Positions 29,225-40,059 of a stretch of 64,000 nt of DNA are shown in pieces. Each line of letters begins with the position of its first letter. Within the stretch, counting starts at the first letter, position 1. Below the pieces are notes generated by a model. That model worked only from the letters and a program-made list of their open reading frames with translations, was not told the origin of the DNA and did not search any database. Origin of the DNA: Eledone cirrhosa. Its lineage: Eukaryota. The position numbers and the translations under genes are program-made. The stretch lies in contig OZ024756.1 of NCBI GenBank assembly GCA_964016885.1, positions 8,618,001-8,682,000 of the forward strand. Reading direction: 5' to 3'.

Positions 29225-30696
29225 TGTTTTCCTCTTCTGTTAACGTCAATAACACAAAAGTGTAATGTAGGAATCATGAAGCCTCTTTTCAATTTAATTA
29301 TTAACCAACGTTGAGTTAAGTCTCCATAACAAACATAATTTAAGATCATAAACTTCTTTTTACTGTAGTCATTATATATATATGCAGAAATATTCGTTTC
29401 GTTTAGTTTCTGGTAACATTACAAGGGGAGTAACTCTAGATTACTGATAACAAAACGTATAAGAGCGGACAATGTACTTTCTAAGGGACCAGCTTCTGTT
29501 TCCCTAACAAAAACAGATTTTAAGACAGTCCGATATGATTTCTAGAAAGCTGACATGAAAATGTATGATTAAACAAAAAAAAACTATCAAGTTTAATGTT
29601 ATCAGCTACTACTACTAAGGCCTCCTTCGGTCAGGGCTGACCTTGTATAGTATCCTGTTGTCAGCTCAGCTGGAGCAGTGTCTCCAGTAGCTAAACAGAC
29701 CTATACGTGAATGAGTCTCTGTTACATAGAACACATCTGTATATGGTCTCTGGTCTGTTGGATTTATTGCCTTCCTTTCGCCGGGCTCTCCTGTCCGCTG
29801 CTGCAGTCATCAACCTTTCCTCCCCTGACTTGAGGTGTTGATTCGAGTGTTCCTCCATCTAGGCTGGTCAGCTGCGAAGCCCTGGTGCTCCTCCATCTTG
29901 GCTGGTCAGCTGCGAAGCCCTGGTGCTCCTCCATCTTGGCTGGTCAGCTGCGAAGCCCTGGTTTTCCTCCATCTTGGCTGGTCAGTAGCGAAGCTTTGGT
30001 GTTCTTCTATCTTGGCCGGTCAGTAGCGAGGCCCTGGTGTTTCTCCATCTTGGCTGGTCAGCAGCGAGGCCCTGGTGTTCCTCCATCTTGGCCGGTCAGC
30101 TGTGAGGCCCTTCCAGTACTCTGTGTTGATATCAATGGCCTTCATATCTCTCTTCACAATGTCTTTGTATCGCAGCTGAGATCTACCCGTGGCTGTCTTT
30201 CCAGAGACCAGCTCCCCATAGAAGATGTCTTTTGGGATGTGGCCATTGTTATTACTTAATAAAATATCGTGTAATTTGCATGTATAGATCCATAAAACCT
30301 TGTGGAGTCGTAGGTTCGTCGTAATGACGTACAGCGTGTGTCTTGGCTACTTTAAACTTGGCGGTGCCCATCTCGTCTTTGGGTCTAAACACAGCCGATT
30401 TTTTCCAGAGAGAGAGGGGAAAAGAATCGACCCCAGTACTGGACTAGCACTTTTTAAAAATTGATCTCGAAGGGATGAAAAGCAAAGTTGGTGAGCTCGG
30501 CGTAAACTCAGAGAACCAGAACGAATATCGTAAACCATATATCTGTAATAGCCCCCACAATCACCACCAAGAACGAGCACTCGTGTTCGTTTGTTCTGTT
30601 GCTAAGGACGCAGACAACGTTTCAGATGAGAAGCTGGGGGAGAGTTTAAAGAAGTCTATATTAATTGAGAAATAATACATCTTCCTCAAGAAAACA
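29225..30696. promoter_or_regulatory. Divergent (head-to-head) intergenic/promoter region
   Basis: Lies between the two start codons; CpG-richer part near 30300-30640 with TGACGT (30325) and GTTGCTAAGG (30598). Confidence 0.5.
29605..30250 (-). mobile_element. RTE/BovB-like 3' fragment containing about 7 x 38-bp tandem repeat (29847-30110)
   Basis: HIPKDIFYGELVSG...QLRYKDIVKRDMKA on the minus strand; (TAG)n tail. Confidence 0.75.
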
Positions 30697-30777
30697 ATGG
30701 CAGTCGTTCCACTTCGGAACGTTCCATTAGAGTTAAGACAATATTTGGTACAACACAGAATTCCAGGCATTTGCGAG
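30697..30777 (+). CDS. FBXL13: FBXL13/DRC6-like exon 1 (MAVVPLRNVPLELRQYLVQHRIPGICE)
   Basis: ATG, donor GAG|GTATTA; LR..P.ELR.YL..H.IP.I.E resembles the N-terminal docking-domain region of long FBXL13 (recalled). Confidence 0.75.
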
Positions 30778-30872
30778 GTATTAATTAAAACTTATTTACA
30801 TTTAGTGTTTCCGCTGCAGAACGGAATAAAATTCGGAAATACCTGGACTTATCAAATAATAATTTTTTGCAG

Positions 30873-31034
30873 CCTGTGGAGTTCGAGACGTTTGGTGAAG
30901 TTGGGCCGCTAGCAGCGAAGTTCTTGTCTTCACTGGCGGTTCACCTTACTGAGGTGTCTGGTGATCCCCGTAAGAGTATCTGGTTATTTCAGCGCCTTCA
31001 CCTCGCCATCACCCGTGGTAATGAAAGTGTGTAG
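30873..31034 (+). mobile_element. CRE-clade non-LTR element C-terminal fragment
   Basis: PVEFETFGEVGPLAAKFL...SGDPRKSIWLFQRLHLAITRGN* matches the CRE RLE C-terminal pattern (ET.G..G...FQRLS.A..RGN). Confidence 0.75.
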
Positions 31035-31111
31035 TTAACCCCTAAGATGTGAGGTGCGATCGATTGTCGCACCTGATAGTGAATTGATCCCACTCTTTTC
31101 TTTCCTTTATC

Positions 31112-31375
31112 ATTATTGAATGTTATAAATCGTATTATTGAATGTTATAAATTATTATTGAATGTTATAAATCGTATTATTGAATGTTATAAATTATTAT
31201 TGAATGTTATAAATCGTATTATTGAATGTTATAAATCGTATTATTGAATGTTATAAATCGTATTATTGAATGTTATAAATCGTATTATTGAATGTTATAA
31301 ATCGTATTATTGAATGTTATAAATCTTATTATTGAATATTATAAATCTTATTATTGAATGGTATAAATCGTATTC
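31112..31375. repeat. 22-bp minisatellite ATTATTGAATGTTATAAATCGT
   Basis: About 12 units, some shortened. Confidence 0.9.
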
Positions 31376-31577
31376 ATGTGGCGCCCATGGAACCTGTTCC
31401 TAGTCCAAGTGGCGCCTCTCCTTCATGTGGTACCCATGTGCCATGTTTACCATACCTTAGCTACGCCTCTGCACCCAAATAAAAAAAAAACAACCCTTTG
31501 CTCTTTACTAAGGTTTTTAGATACAACTTGAAGACTTATCTCAAGATTATAATTAAATCACAAATAATATATTTTAG

Positions 31578-31681
31578 GCTTTGATGACAGCCTTAGCGAT
31601 GGTGTGTCCTGATGACCCTTACCAGTTTATTATCAACAGACTTTGGGATGTAAAAGCACGAGGACTTCAATCTGTTCGTTG
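31578..31681 (+). CDS. FBXL13: FBXL13-like exon 2 (ALMTALAMVCPDDPYQFIINRLWDVKARGLQSVR-W)
   Basis: TTTTAG acceptor, GTAAGA donor, phase 0/2; ALxxxLxxxCPxDPxQF docking-domain motif. Confidence 0.82.
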
Positions 31682-31690
31682 GTAAGATTC

Positions 31691-31895
31691 TCATCATCAT
31701 CATCATCATCATTGTCATCATCATCATCATCATCATCATCATTGTTTTAAGTAATAGGTGCTTATTTGAATTAAGTAACATCTCGCACTCACAATCATCA
31801 TCATCATCATCGTCATTACCATCATCATCATCATCATCATCACCATCATCATCACCATCAACATCATCAACATCACCATCATCACTATCATCATC
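31691..31895. repeat. (CAT)n microsatellites
   Basis: Direct reading. Confidence 0.9.
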
Positions 31896-31939
31896 GAAGA
31901 GAGGTAGTCACGGTTCTGGGACAGCATTCCTCACCATAT

Positions 31940-32995
31940 GAGATGTCATCTGGTGTACCACAGGGATCTGTTCTTGGCCCCCTTTTGTTTGTGGCATATA
32001 TTAATGACATAGATGCCAACTTAAAGAATGCCACAGTACTAAAGTACGCAGACGACATCAAGCTGTACCTTGAGATAAAAAGGACAGATCCTGAACACTA
32101 TAGATCTTGCTTGCAGTCTGACCTGGACACAATGCAACAATGTATCTCAGACTGGCAACTCAAGCTAGCTGTGGACAAGTGCACCATCATGCATTTTGGG
32201 AGTAAAAACCCAGCGTCCACAGCACTAATATCAAGAAGTCTTCTTGTGAACGTGACCTGGGCATTACGGTCAGCAGCGATTTGTGTTGGACGAAGCACGT
32301 CTCTAAAATTGTCAAGAGGGCCGAGGGTGTCTTAGCATCACTCAGCAAGACCTTTGTCAGCCGCTATCCAGCTATCTATTTAAGGCTGTACATGGCTATG
32401 GTGCGGCCACACTTAGAATTTGCATCACCAGTCTGGAACCCCTATCTTGCTCAAAACATTGACCGCCTGGAAACTGTTCAGAGACGTGCAACCAAGCGAA
32501 TACCCTCCATCAGGCATCTACCATACTCTGAGCGCCTTGCTTCCCTGGGCATGGATACATTGAAGCTCCGACGCCTGGCAACTGACTTGGTAAACACTCA
32601 CAAAATTGTTAACCATCTTGCCAATAACAACCCTGAGTACCTTTTTGATTTCCATGTGTCTAACACACGTGGGCATGCCCACAAAGTCAGAAAACAGCAC
32701 AGTTCCCATGACTTTCGAAAACATTTTTCACGCTCAGAGTTGCTGAAGCATGGAACAAACTACTTGCATCGGTTGTTAGCTGTCGAGACACTGCATCCTT
32801 TAAGGCCTCCATGCTTCCCGAGATTCGCCAACACTACACCTAATGTTCCCCCTCCATACACATACACACATATATACCATGACTCATACACTATTCACTT
32901 CCCTGACATTTGTGTATTATTCTATGTACTATACATGCACCTTTGACGAGCTGAAGTGCATCTGAGCACTGTACACAATAATTTCATTATATTTA
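31940..32995 (+). mobile_element. CR1-group LINE 3' portion (second family)
   Basis: SSGVPQGSVLGP, YADD, RPHLEFASPVWNP, TRGH..K; 3' UTR shared with 39030-39575. Confidence 0.9.
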
Positions 32996-33410
32996 TATAT
33001 ATCATCGTCATTATCATTGTCATCACCACTACCACCATCATCATCATCATTGTTTAGTGTCAGTTTTCCCTACCAGCAAGAGTTGGATATGTCATCACAA
33101 GCTGGTCAGTACTCAAGCAAAGCCTCTGACCTCCAGGTGTGATGTGACCCAAAATATGATTCCACACTCAACTGAGTGCTATTCTGGCACTACCACTAGG
33201 GAGATTGTCATGTCTTTGACACAGCTGAAGTGTTCTCCCAGCTGTTTGTTCAGCCGGTTTTTTCATGGCTGGATACCCTCTTTATCATCAGTCACTTTAC
33301 AGAGTGTACTGGGTGTACTGTCTTCTTCATATTCTGGCAGTAAATCTCCCCCCCCACCCTTTCTAACCTGTGGTTTGACCCATTGGTACCTAATTCATCA
33401 ACTGCTTTAA

Positions 33411-33631
33411 CCCTTTACCATTTACATTACTCTATATATACTATTATATTTTCATGGTTAAGGCTTTATCTTACATAATTATCTCACATAATATCAAATC
33501 TATGAGATTTTGATATTATTTATTTTGAGAACAATACCTTAACATCAGTATGAGTGGCCACTTACAGCTGGTTTGAACAGAAAGATGTGAGAGAAATCTG
33601 GCTGGATACAGTCAGTTTAAATGCTAAAGGG
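33411..33631 (-). mobile_element. Complete piggyBac-type MITE (221 bp)
   Basis: TTAA on both sides; TIRs CCCTTTA(C/G)CATTTA. Confidence 0.8.
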
Positions 33632-33753
33632 TTAAAACCATCCCCTAACCCTGGGGTTCCTACCCAGTTACAAACATTCAGGCTGGATCACTGATTTGGG
33701 GATAATTCACGGATTGTGGTTTCTTTGTCTTTTTTCCCTGCAACAGTCTAGAT

Positions 33754-34809
33754 CAGAGGTTCTTAAACTTCTTGGGCCACCCCCTCACAGCCGCAAATCC
33801 CTCACTCCCCCCACCCCCCTATTTCCAAAGAGAGCTACCTACACGCAAATTGTAAATAATATACAATAAATAAAATTGTTAATTTATATATAATAAATAA
33901 TTGTTTCTACTTTTGGCACAAGGCCAGCAATTACCCAGTGCATTACTGGTACTATATTTTATCGACCCCGTAAGGATGAAAGGCAAAGTTAACCTCGGCG
34001 GGATTTGAACTCAGAATGGAAAGGGCCGTAACTCTGTGTCAAAGCATGGCATCTGACCCTCTACCGATACTGCCAGAAATAATATAATATATACTATGTA
34101 TAAATAAATATTATATATTTTATATTTTACTATCATCATCATCATCATCGTTTAACACCCATCTTCCACGTTAGCATAGGTTCGACAGTTTTGTTCCATT
34201 TGATGTGGGATTGGTTGGGAGACCGTGTCTCGCTCGTACGGAGCTGTCTCTGGCAGGTTTTCTTTGGCTTGATGCCCTTTCTCATACAAACCACATTTAC
34301 AGTGTGGACTGGGTTTTTTTTGTTGTGTCACCAACACAGTGGATGGAAATGAAAGGATGGGGTAGGGTATATATAGGGTTAAGAGGAGGTCCCTACTGAT
34401 TGTAGGTTTGTATTGCAAGGGAAGGTGGGTCTTCTCCACAACTGCATAGTGCCGAAGATCTCGATCCAATGACATTGTCTTAGAAAGGTGTAAGGGAGCA
34501 AGATTAGTTTACTATATTTATATATAATTGTTTCTACATTTGACACAAGGCCAGCAATTACCCAGTGCATTACTGGTACTTTATTTTATCGACCCCGTAA
34601 GGATGAAAGGCAAAGTTAACCTCGACGGGATTTGAACCCAGACCGTAAAGGGACATAACTATGCTGGAAAGCATGGCGTCCGACACCTCTACCGATATAT
34701 GATATGTATCATTTGATATTTAATATACTATTATATCATCTCTAATCCCCCCTCCCCAGACTTCCCAAAGCCCCCTGGTGGGCGGTAGCACCCACTTTGA
34801 GAACCTCCG
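33754..34809. mobile_element. hAT (Charlie-type) non-autonomous element with nested SINE B copies and an RTE 3' end
   Basis: TIRs CAGAGGTTCTTAAA / CGGAGGTTCTCAAA; 8-bp TSD GTCTAGAT / GTCTAGAA. Confidence 0.8.
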
Positions 34810-35018
34810 GTCTAGAAGATCCTGGAAAAATATCATAGTTACCATATCATAGCTTCTTCTGATTAACGAAGACCTGGATATAATGAACAGGGAATGCAGA
34901 GGATAGGTGGAAGGAAATAAAGTGAGCATGCTCTGATGGATGTGCAATGTTAATATGTGTGAAAACTAAAGTATGGATTGTTTGAGAGAAAAACTGGGTG
35001 TTAGAGGAACCAAGTGTA

Positions 35019-35127
35019 CGAGGGTCAGCGGAAAAGTTCATAGGCTGACCAAGATATTTGTATGTGTGGATCGGAAAATAGACGAAAATAACAATGATGA
35101 TATAAATATATCAATGTATTGTGTGTA

Positions 35128-35174
<47 letters not shown>

Positions 35175-35489
35175 TCATCATCATCGTTTAACGTCCTTCT
35201 TCCACTCTAGCATGGGTTAGACAGCTTTGTCCCATTTAGAGGCAAGTTGCATCAGGTGACCGTGTCTCACTCATATAGAACTGTTTCTGGCTAGATTTCT
35301 ATGGCTGGGTGCCCATCCTAATGACAACCACATTTACAGTGTGTGGTGGGTGCTTTTTGATGTGACATATATATATATATATATATATACTCTTTTACTC
35401 TTTTACCTGTTTCAGCCATCTGGCTGAGGCCATGCTGGGGCACCACATTATATATATATATAATGTGCTAACTTTTCAGCCAACTCTTG
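35019..35489. mobile_element. Mariner-type MITE (related copies at 38196-38392 and about 38885-38970)
   Basis: TA-flanked termini CGAGGGTCAGCGGAAAAGTT / AACTTTTCAGCCAACTCTTG. Confidence 0.6.
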
Positions 35490-35495
35490 TATATA

Positions 35496-36802
35496 AAGGG
35501 TGTGAACGATATTTGTTCGCAAGATTACTGTCTAGGAAAAAATAACACAGTAGTTTTATTTTTTAAGATTTATTTATCAAACTTGGGTCAGTTTGTCTTC
35601 ATGACTTGTTCTTTCGATCTCACTTGATAAACCCGCCATCGGCTTTGATGATGGCCTCAAGGCGGTCTCGGAACCGGCTACAGGCCTTCGTCACTGTCCC
35701 CCGACTTAGGCGCCTAAAGGCACTTGTGATCCTGGCTTTCAGATCGTCTTTCGTATTGCAGCTAGATCTGTTGGTGTCTCGTTCCACTGCGCCCCACACA
35801 AAGAAGTCGAGGGGGTTGCAGTCAGGCGAGCTGGGAGGCCAGATGTCAGGTGAAGTGTGGTCGACGAAGTTCTCTGACAGCCAGGCTTGGGTCTTTCGGC
35901 TGGTATGGCAGGGCGTTGAGTCTTGCTGCCACACGCACGGCCTACCTGCAGCTACCTGGTCGATCCAGGGCTTTACTACTTCGCTCAGAACGCGGATGTA
36001 GCCATCGGTGTTCAGCTTGAGGCCTTCAGGGAAGAAGTGAGGTGGCATGGCGTCACCTTGACTGCTGACGACACCTAAGACCAGTGTTATCGCTGGAAAT
36101 TTTGTCTGCATGACTCTGGGCATGTCTTTGGATGAGACAGCGAGCCACCTGTTGTTCTGGGAGGTGATCTTCTGGTCTTGGCAGAAGTTTTTCTCGTCGG
36201 AGAAAAATCACAGGATGTCTGGCTCCAGTGGGTGTTTCAACTTGTTGATCAGCTTCTTTGCGTGCTTCAGTCGCTTTTCTTGCATCGCCTTTAACAGAAA
36301 TTGTCCTTTCCTCATCTTGTATAAAACGTAGCGAATGTCTTCATGTACCACCAGCCTAATGAGCTTTTCATCCACGCCTTTCTCCCTTGCAATGGCATGC
36401 ATCGACTTGCTAGGTTCATTGTTGATGATATCCTGAACTTCAGCGACAAACTCGGGCGTTCTGATGGCGTCAGATCGTCGATCATGTGTTTTCCTCTCTG
36501 ATGTTGCTTCGTAGTCGAATCCTGAATCTTCCAATTCCTTTCTGACCTTTTCCACCATTCTCTTGCTGACGCTGAGAAAGTCTGAAATTTCCTTATTTGT
36601 CCTCCCGGCGCGGATTCCAAGAAGAACTCCGTGTCTCTTCCACAAATTTGGAGGTTCAAAATTATTCATAATTAATTATTCTGAAAATAAATAATGGAAA
36701 TATAGTCACTGTTTTTATGAAGACAAGAGTGACAACTGAAGAAAAAAAGATTTGCATAAAATTAGCAGTTGAAAATTGCAAACAAATATCGTCCGCACCC
36801 TG
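35496..36802 (-). mobile_element. Tc1/mariner superfamily DD37D (maT) transposon, single premature stop
   Basis: About 27-bp TIRs CAGGGTGCGGACGATATTTGTTTGCAA, TA flanks; frame 36669-35620 continuous except TGA at 36208-36210; FSDEK, QQD-x37-D (SPDCNPLD). Confidence 0.92.
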
Positions 36803-36907
36803 TATATATATATATATATATCTATATATATATATTCAGCCAACTATATATATATATATATATTAATTCAAAATATTAACAAAAATAGGCATTCGTGTGA
36901 TCAAGTA

Positions 36908-36974
36908 TATTTTATTATACATATTTCAGAGGTACTGAGTTATCTTCAACAGTACGTCCTCATCAGATAAAATA
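36908..36974 (-). ncRNA. Type I hammerhead ribozyme motif, intact
   Basis: TATTTTAT-CTGATGA-GGAcGTACTG...CAGTACcTCT-GAAA-TATGTA-TA-ATAAAATA; perfect 8-bp stem I. Confidence 0.82.
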
Positions 36975-37979
36975 AGATGATGCATGACATACCCTGACTA
37001 AGTAGATGGTTAAAATTCAGTCATGGCAGTGAATAAGATATGATAAAACTCAATATTTATATACCTTAAGATTGAGACATGAAAAAATTACATATAATAC
37101 AGAGGGTGCGTGTGAGAAAGCTTATAAAGATACATAATAATAAACAACTACTAATATAATAGAAACTTACATAACTGTTAGAGATTCAAATAATTTAAAT
37201 TATTGAAGAAAGAAGTGAAAGACAGATGAGGAAAAAGAGGGTTACTAGAAGTATAGAAATATCTTATGCACGAAAGCAAAAGAAAATTGATTAAGGATAG
37301 AGAGACAAGGAAAGATAATTTTTATAGTATAAAGCATAGGGAGGGAGATTTGTATTGTCGTGGATAAATAGCGTATAATTAGATGATGCAAAAATATATC
37401 TTTATATCTTTATATATATAAATGCAAGGATGTGTGTGTGTCTGTGTACAACTTTGGATATCTAAGGCTTTTACAATTACCAACCGAATTTGACCAAATT
37501 TTCTGTGCACGTTGCACAGGTCGCTAAGATGGTTACATCAAAAAAAAATTTCAAATCGACCCACGTTGAGCAATAAAAAAATCGATATCAAAATTATCGG
37601 TAGCAAAATTGATGTAAGGGAGATAACCAACTTTATTGACAATCCTTATAAAAAAAAGGGAGATAACCAACTTTATTGACAATCCTTATAAAGAGAGTGA
37701 GATATGGAGACCTTCGTTTTCAATTTCTCTCTGTCTTTCACTTCTTCTTTCTTCAATAATTTAAATTATTTGAATCTCTAACAGTTATGTAAGTTTCTAT
37801 TATATTAGTAGTTGTTTATTATTATGTATCTTTATAAGCTTTCTCACACGCACCCTCTGTATTATATGTAATTTTTTCATGTCTCAATCTTAAGGTATAT
37901 AAATATTGAGTCATATCTTATTCACTGCCATGACTGAATTTTAACCATCTACTTAGTCAGGGTATGTCATGCATCATCT

Positions 37980-38043
37980 TATTTTATCTGATGAGGACGT
38001 ACTGTTGAAGATAACTCAGTACCTCTGAAATATGTATAAAATA
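37980..38043 (+). ncRNA. Hammerhead motif damaged by a 3-nt deletion at the cleavage site
   Basis: Same core as 36908-36974 but GAAATATGTATAAAATA instead of GAAATATGTATAATAAAATA. Confidence 0.7.
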
Positions 38044-38406
38044 TACTTGATCACACGAATGTCTATTTTTGTTAATATTAATATTAATAACTCCGGAAAA
38101 GCATTTCTGTGGAGTGCTTCTAATCTATTGTAAAACTTTATTCTTTGATTTATTCATTGAACCTTGTTTAACCTTTAAATATATATATATATATACAAGA
38201 GTTGGCTGAAAAGTTCATAGGCTGACCAAGATACTCTCATGGAATGACCAAATGAGGTTTATTTTTCAACATAGTCTCTACAAAGAAACAATGCAGTTAT
38301 TAATAAGAAGAATTGAAATTAATGCATGCAAGATTTCACAGCTCTAACATCACTCCTTCATAGTCAACCTATGAATTTTTCAGTCCATCTTATATATATA
38401 TTTTAG

Positions 38407-38449
38407 ACCCAGCCGATGATCCGAATTCGGTGAAACAATTGTTCTCGGT
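38407..38449 (+). ncRNA. Degenerate hammerhead motif (core CCGATGA)
   Basis: ACCCAG-CCGATGA-tCCG aatt CGGt-GAAA-CAATTG-TT-CTCGGT; palindromic helix III, 5/6 stem I pairs. Confidence 0.55.
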
Positions 38450-39029
38450 AATGGTGAACTAACTCTTGTGGAACTACTTCTATATATATCATCATCATCA
38501 TCATCATCATCATCATACGTCCGCTTTTCCCTGCTTGCAAGGGTGGGACGTATATCATCATCATCATCTTCGTTTAACGTCCATCTTCCATGCTAGCATG
38601 GCTTAGATATATAGATTTATAAAACAACAGAAGACTGGACTGGAAGATATGCTTTAAAATTTGAATTCTGTGATATCACTTTAGATATTTCTATGGCCCA
38701 GCTCCATCATCCAATTATGAAGACAGGACAATCTCATCAGGTAACTTCAATAGAATTACATAATAAGGTCATGTAGAACCCATACTTATTGTGGCAGATA
38801 GGGAAACATGAATAGGAAATTGAAAATTACAATTTGGCATGGCGACTGCCTGTAAACTGTTGCATACACACACACTTATATATAGGAGTTGAAATTAATA
38901 CATGCAAGATTTCACAGCTTTAGCATCATTCCTTCATAGTCAGCCTATCAAATTTTCAGCCGACCCTCATAGTGTAGAGGAGAGAAGACTACACTGATGT
39001 GACCAACTTTGAAGACTGTCTAAAACATT

Positions 39030-39575
39030 GCCAACCTAAAACACAGAAATCTAAGGAATTTGCCAATAACAACACAGCACCTTTTTGAATTCCACGTGTC
39101 TAACACACGTGGGCATACTTACAAAGTCAGAAAACAGCACAGCTCCCATGACTTTTGGAAACATTTTTTCACACTCAGAGTTGCTGAAGCATGGAACAAA
39201 CTCCCTGCATAATTTGTTAGCTGTCGAGACACTGCATCCTTTAAAATTCCATGTTTCCCGATATTCGCCAACACTACACCTAATATTCCTCCTCCATACA
39301 CACACACACACACACACATGTATTTCAGGACTCATACACTGTTCACTTTCCTGACAGTTGTATATTATTCTGTGCTTTGCAGCATAGAGTTACGGTCTGA
39401 GTTCAAATCCCACCGAGGTTAACTTTGCCTTTCATCCTTACGGGGTTTATAACAACGTACCAGTGATGCACTGGGATAATTGCTGGCTTTGTGCCAAAAG
39501 TAGAAACAATTATTCTATGTACTATACATGCACCTTTGATGAGTTGTAGTGCATTTGAGCACTGTACACAATATC
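39030..39575 (+). mobile_element. CR1 3' end fragment with a nested SINE B piece
   Basis: Matches about 32610-32980. Confidence 0.85.
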
Positions 39576-39798
39576 ATCATCATCATTTTATGTCCGCTTA
39601 ACCCTGCTTGCAAGGGTGGGACTAAAATTTTCATTATTAATATTTATCTCTTTGCCTTTCATCCTTATGGGGTCAATAAAATAAAGTACTAGTAATACAC
39701 GATTTAATCGACTTCCCTCTCCCCCAAAATTGCTGGCCTTGTGCCTATATAAGAACCATTATTTATCTCTTTTTTTACTTTTCTTCTTTTATTTGCAG

Positions 39799-39889
39799 GG
39801 ACATGTTTCTTGATGAAAATATTAAATTAAGAAGGAATTTATATAAATGTAGATTTGACTTTTCTTTTGATGAAGATGAAGATGAAGAT
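39799..39889 (+). CDS. FBXL13: FBXL13-like exon 3 (W-DMFLDENIKLRRNLYKCRFDFSFDEDEDED)
   Basis: Long pyrimidine tract + TTTGCAG, donor GTATGA, phase 2/0 compatible; WDMF.D motif. Confidence 0.8.
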
Positions 39890-39944
39890 GTATGAGATAA
39901 TTTCTATATTTATACCTATATCTGTCTCTCTGTCAGTCTTTTTG

Positions 39945-40051
<107 letters not shown>

Positions 40052-40059
40052 CTTTATCT

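Larger units (their letters stand above)
36872..38079. repeat. Long inverted repeat, arms 36872-37226 and 37730-38079 (Penelope-like pLTR pair)
   Basis: About 350-bp near-identical arms, each carrying a hammerhead core; about 500-bp spacer. Confidence 0.9.

Noticed and set aside
33730-34860. Acceptor-like CCCTGCAACAG interrupted by the hAT element, possible disrupted exon
   Set aside because: Rejoined sequence hits stops in the frames examined, and exons 2 and 3 already join in phase
38675-38745. CTGATGA...GAAA on the minus strand
   Set aside because: No stem II closing next to GAAA and no stem I; not counted as a hammerhead
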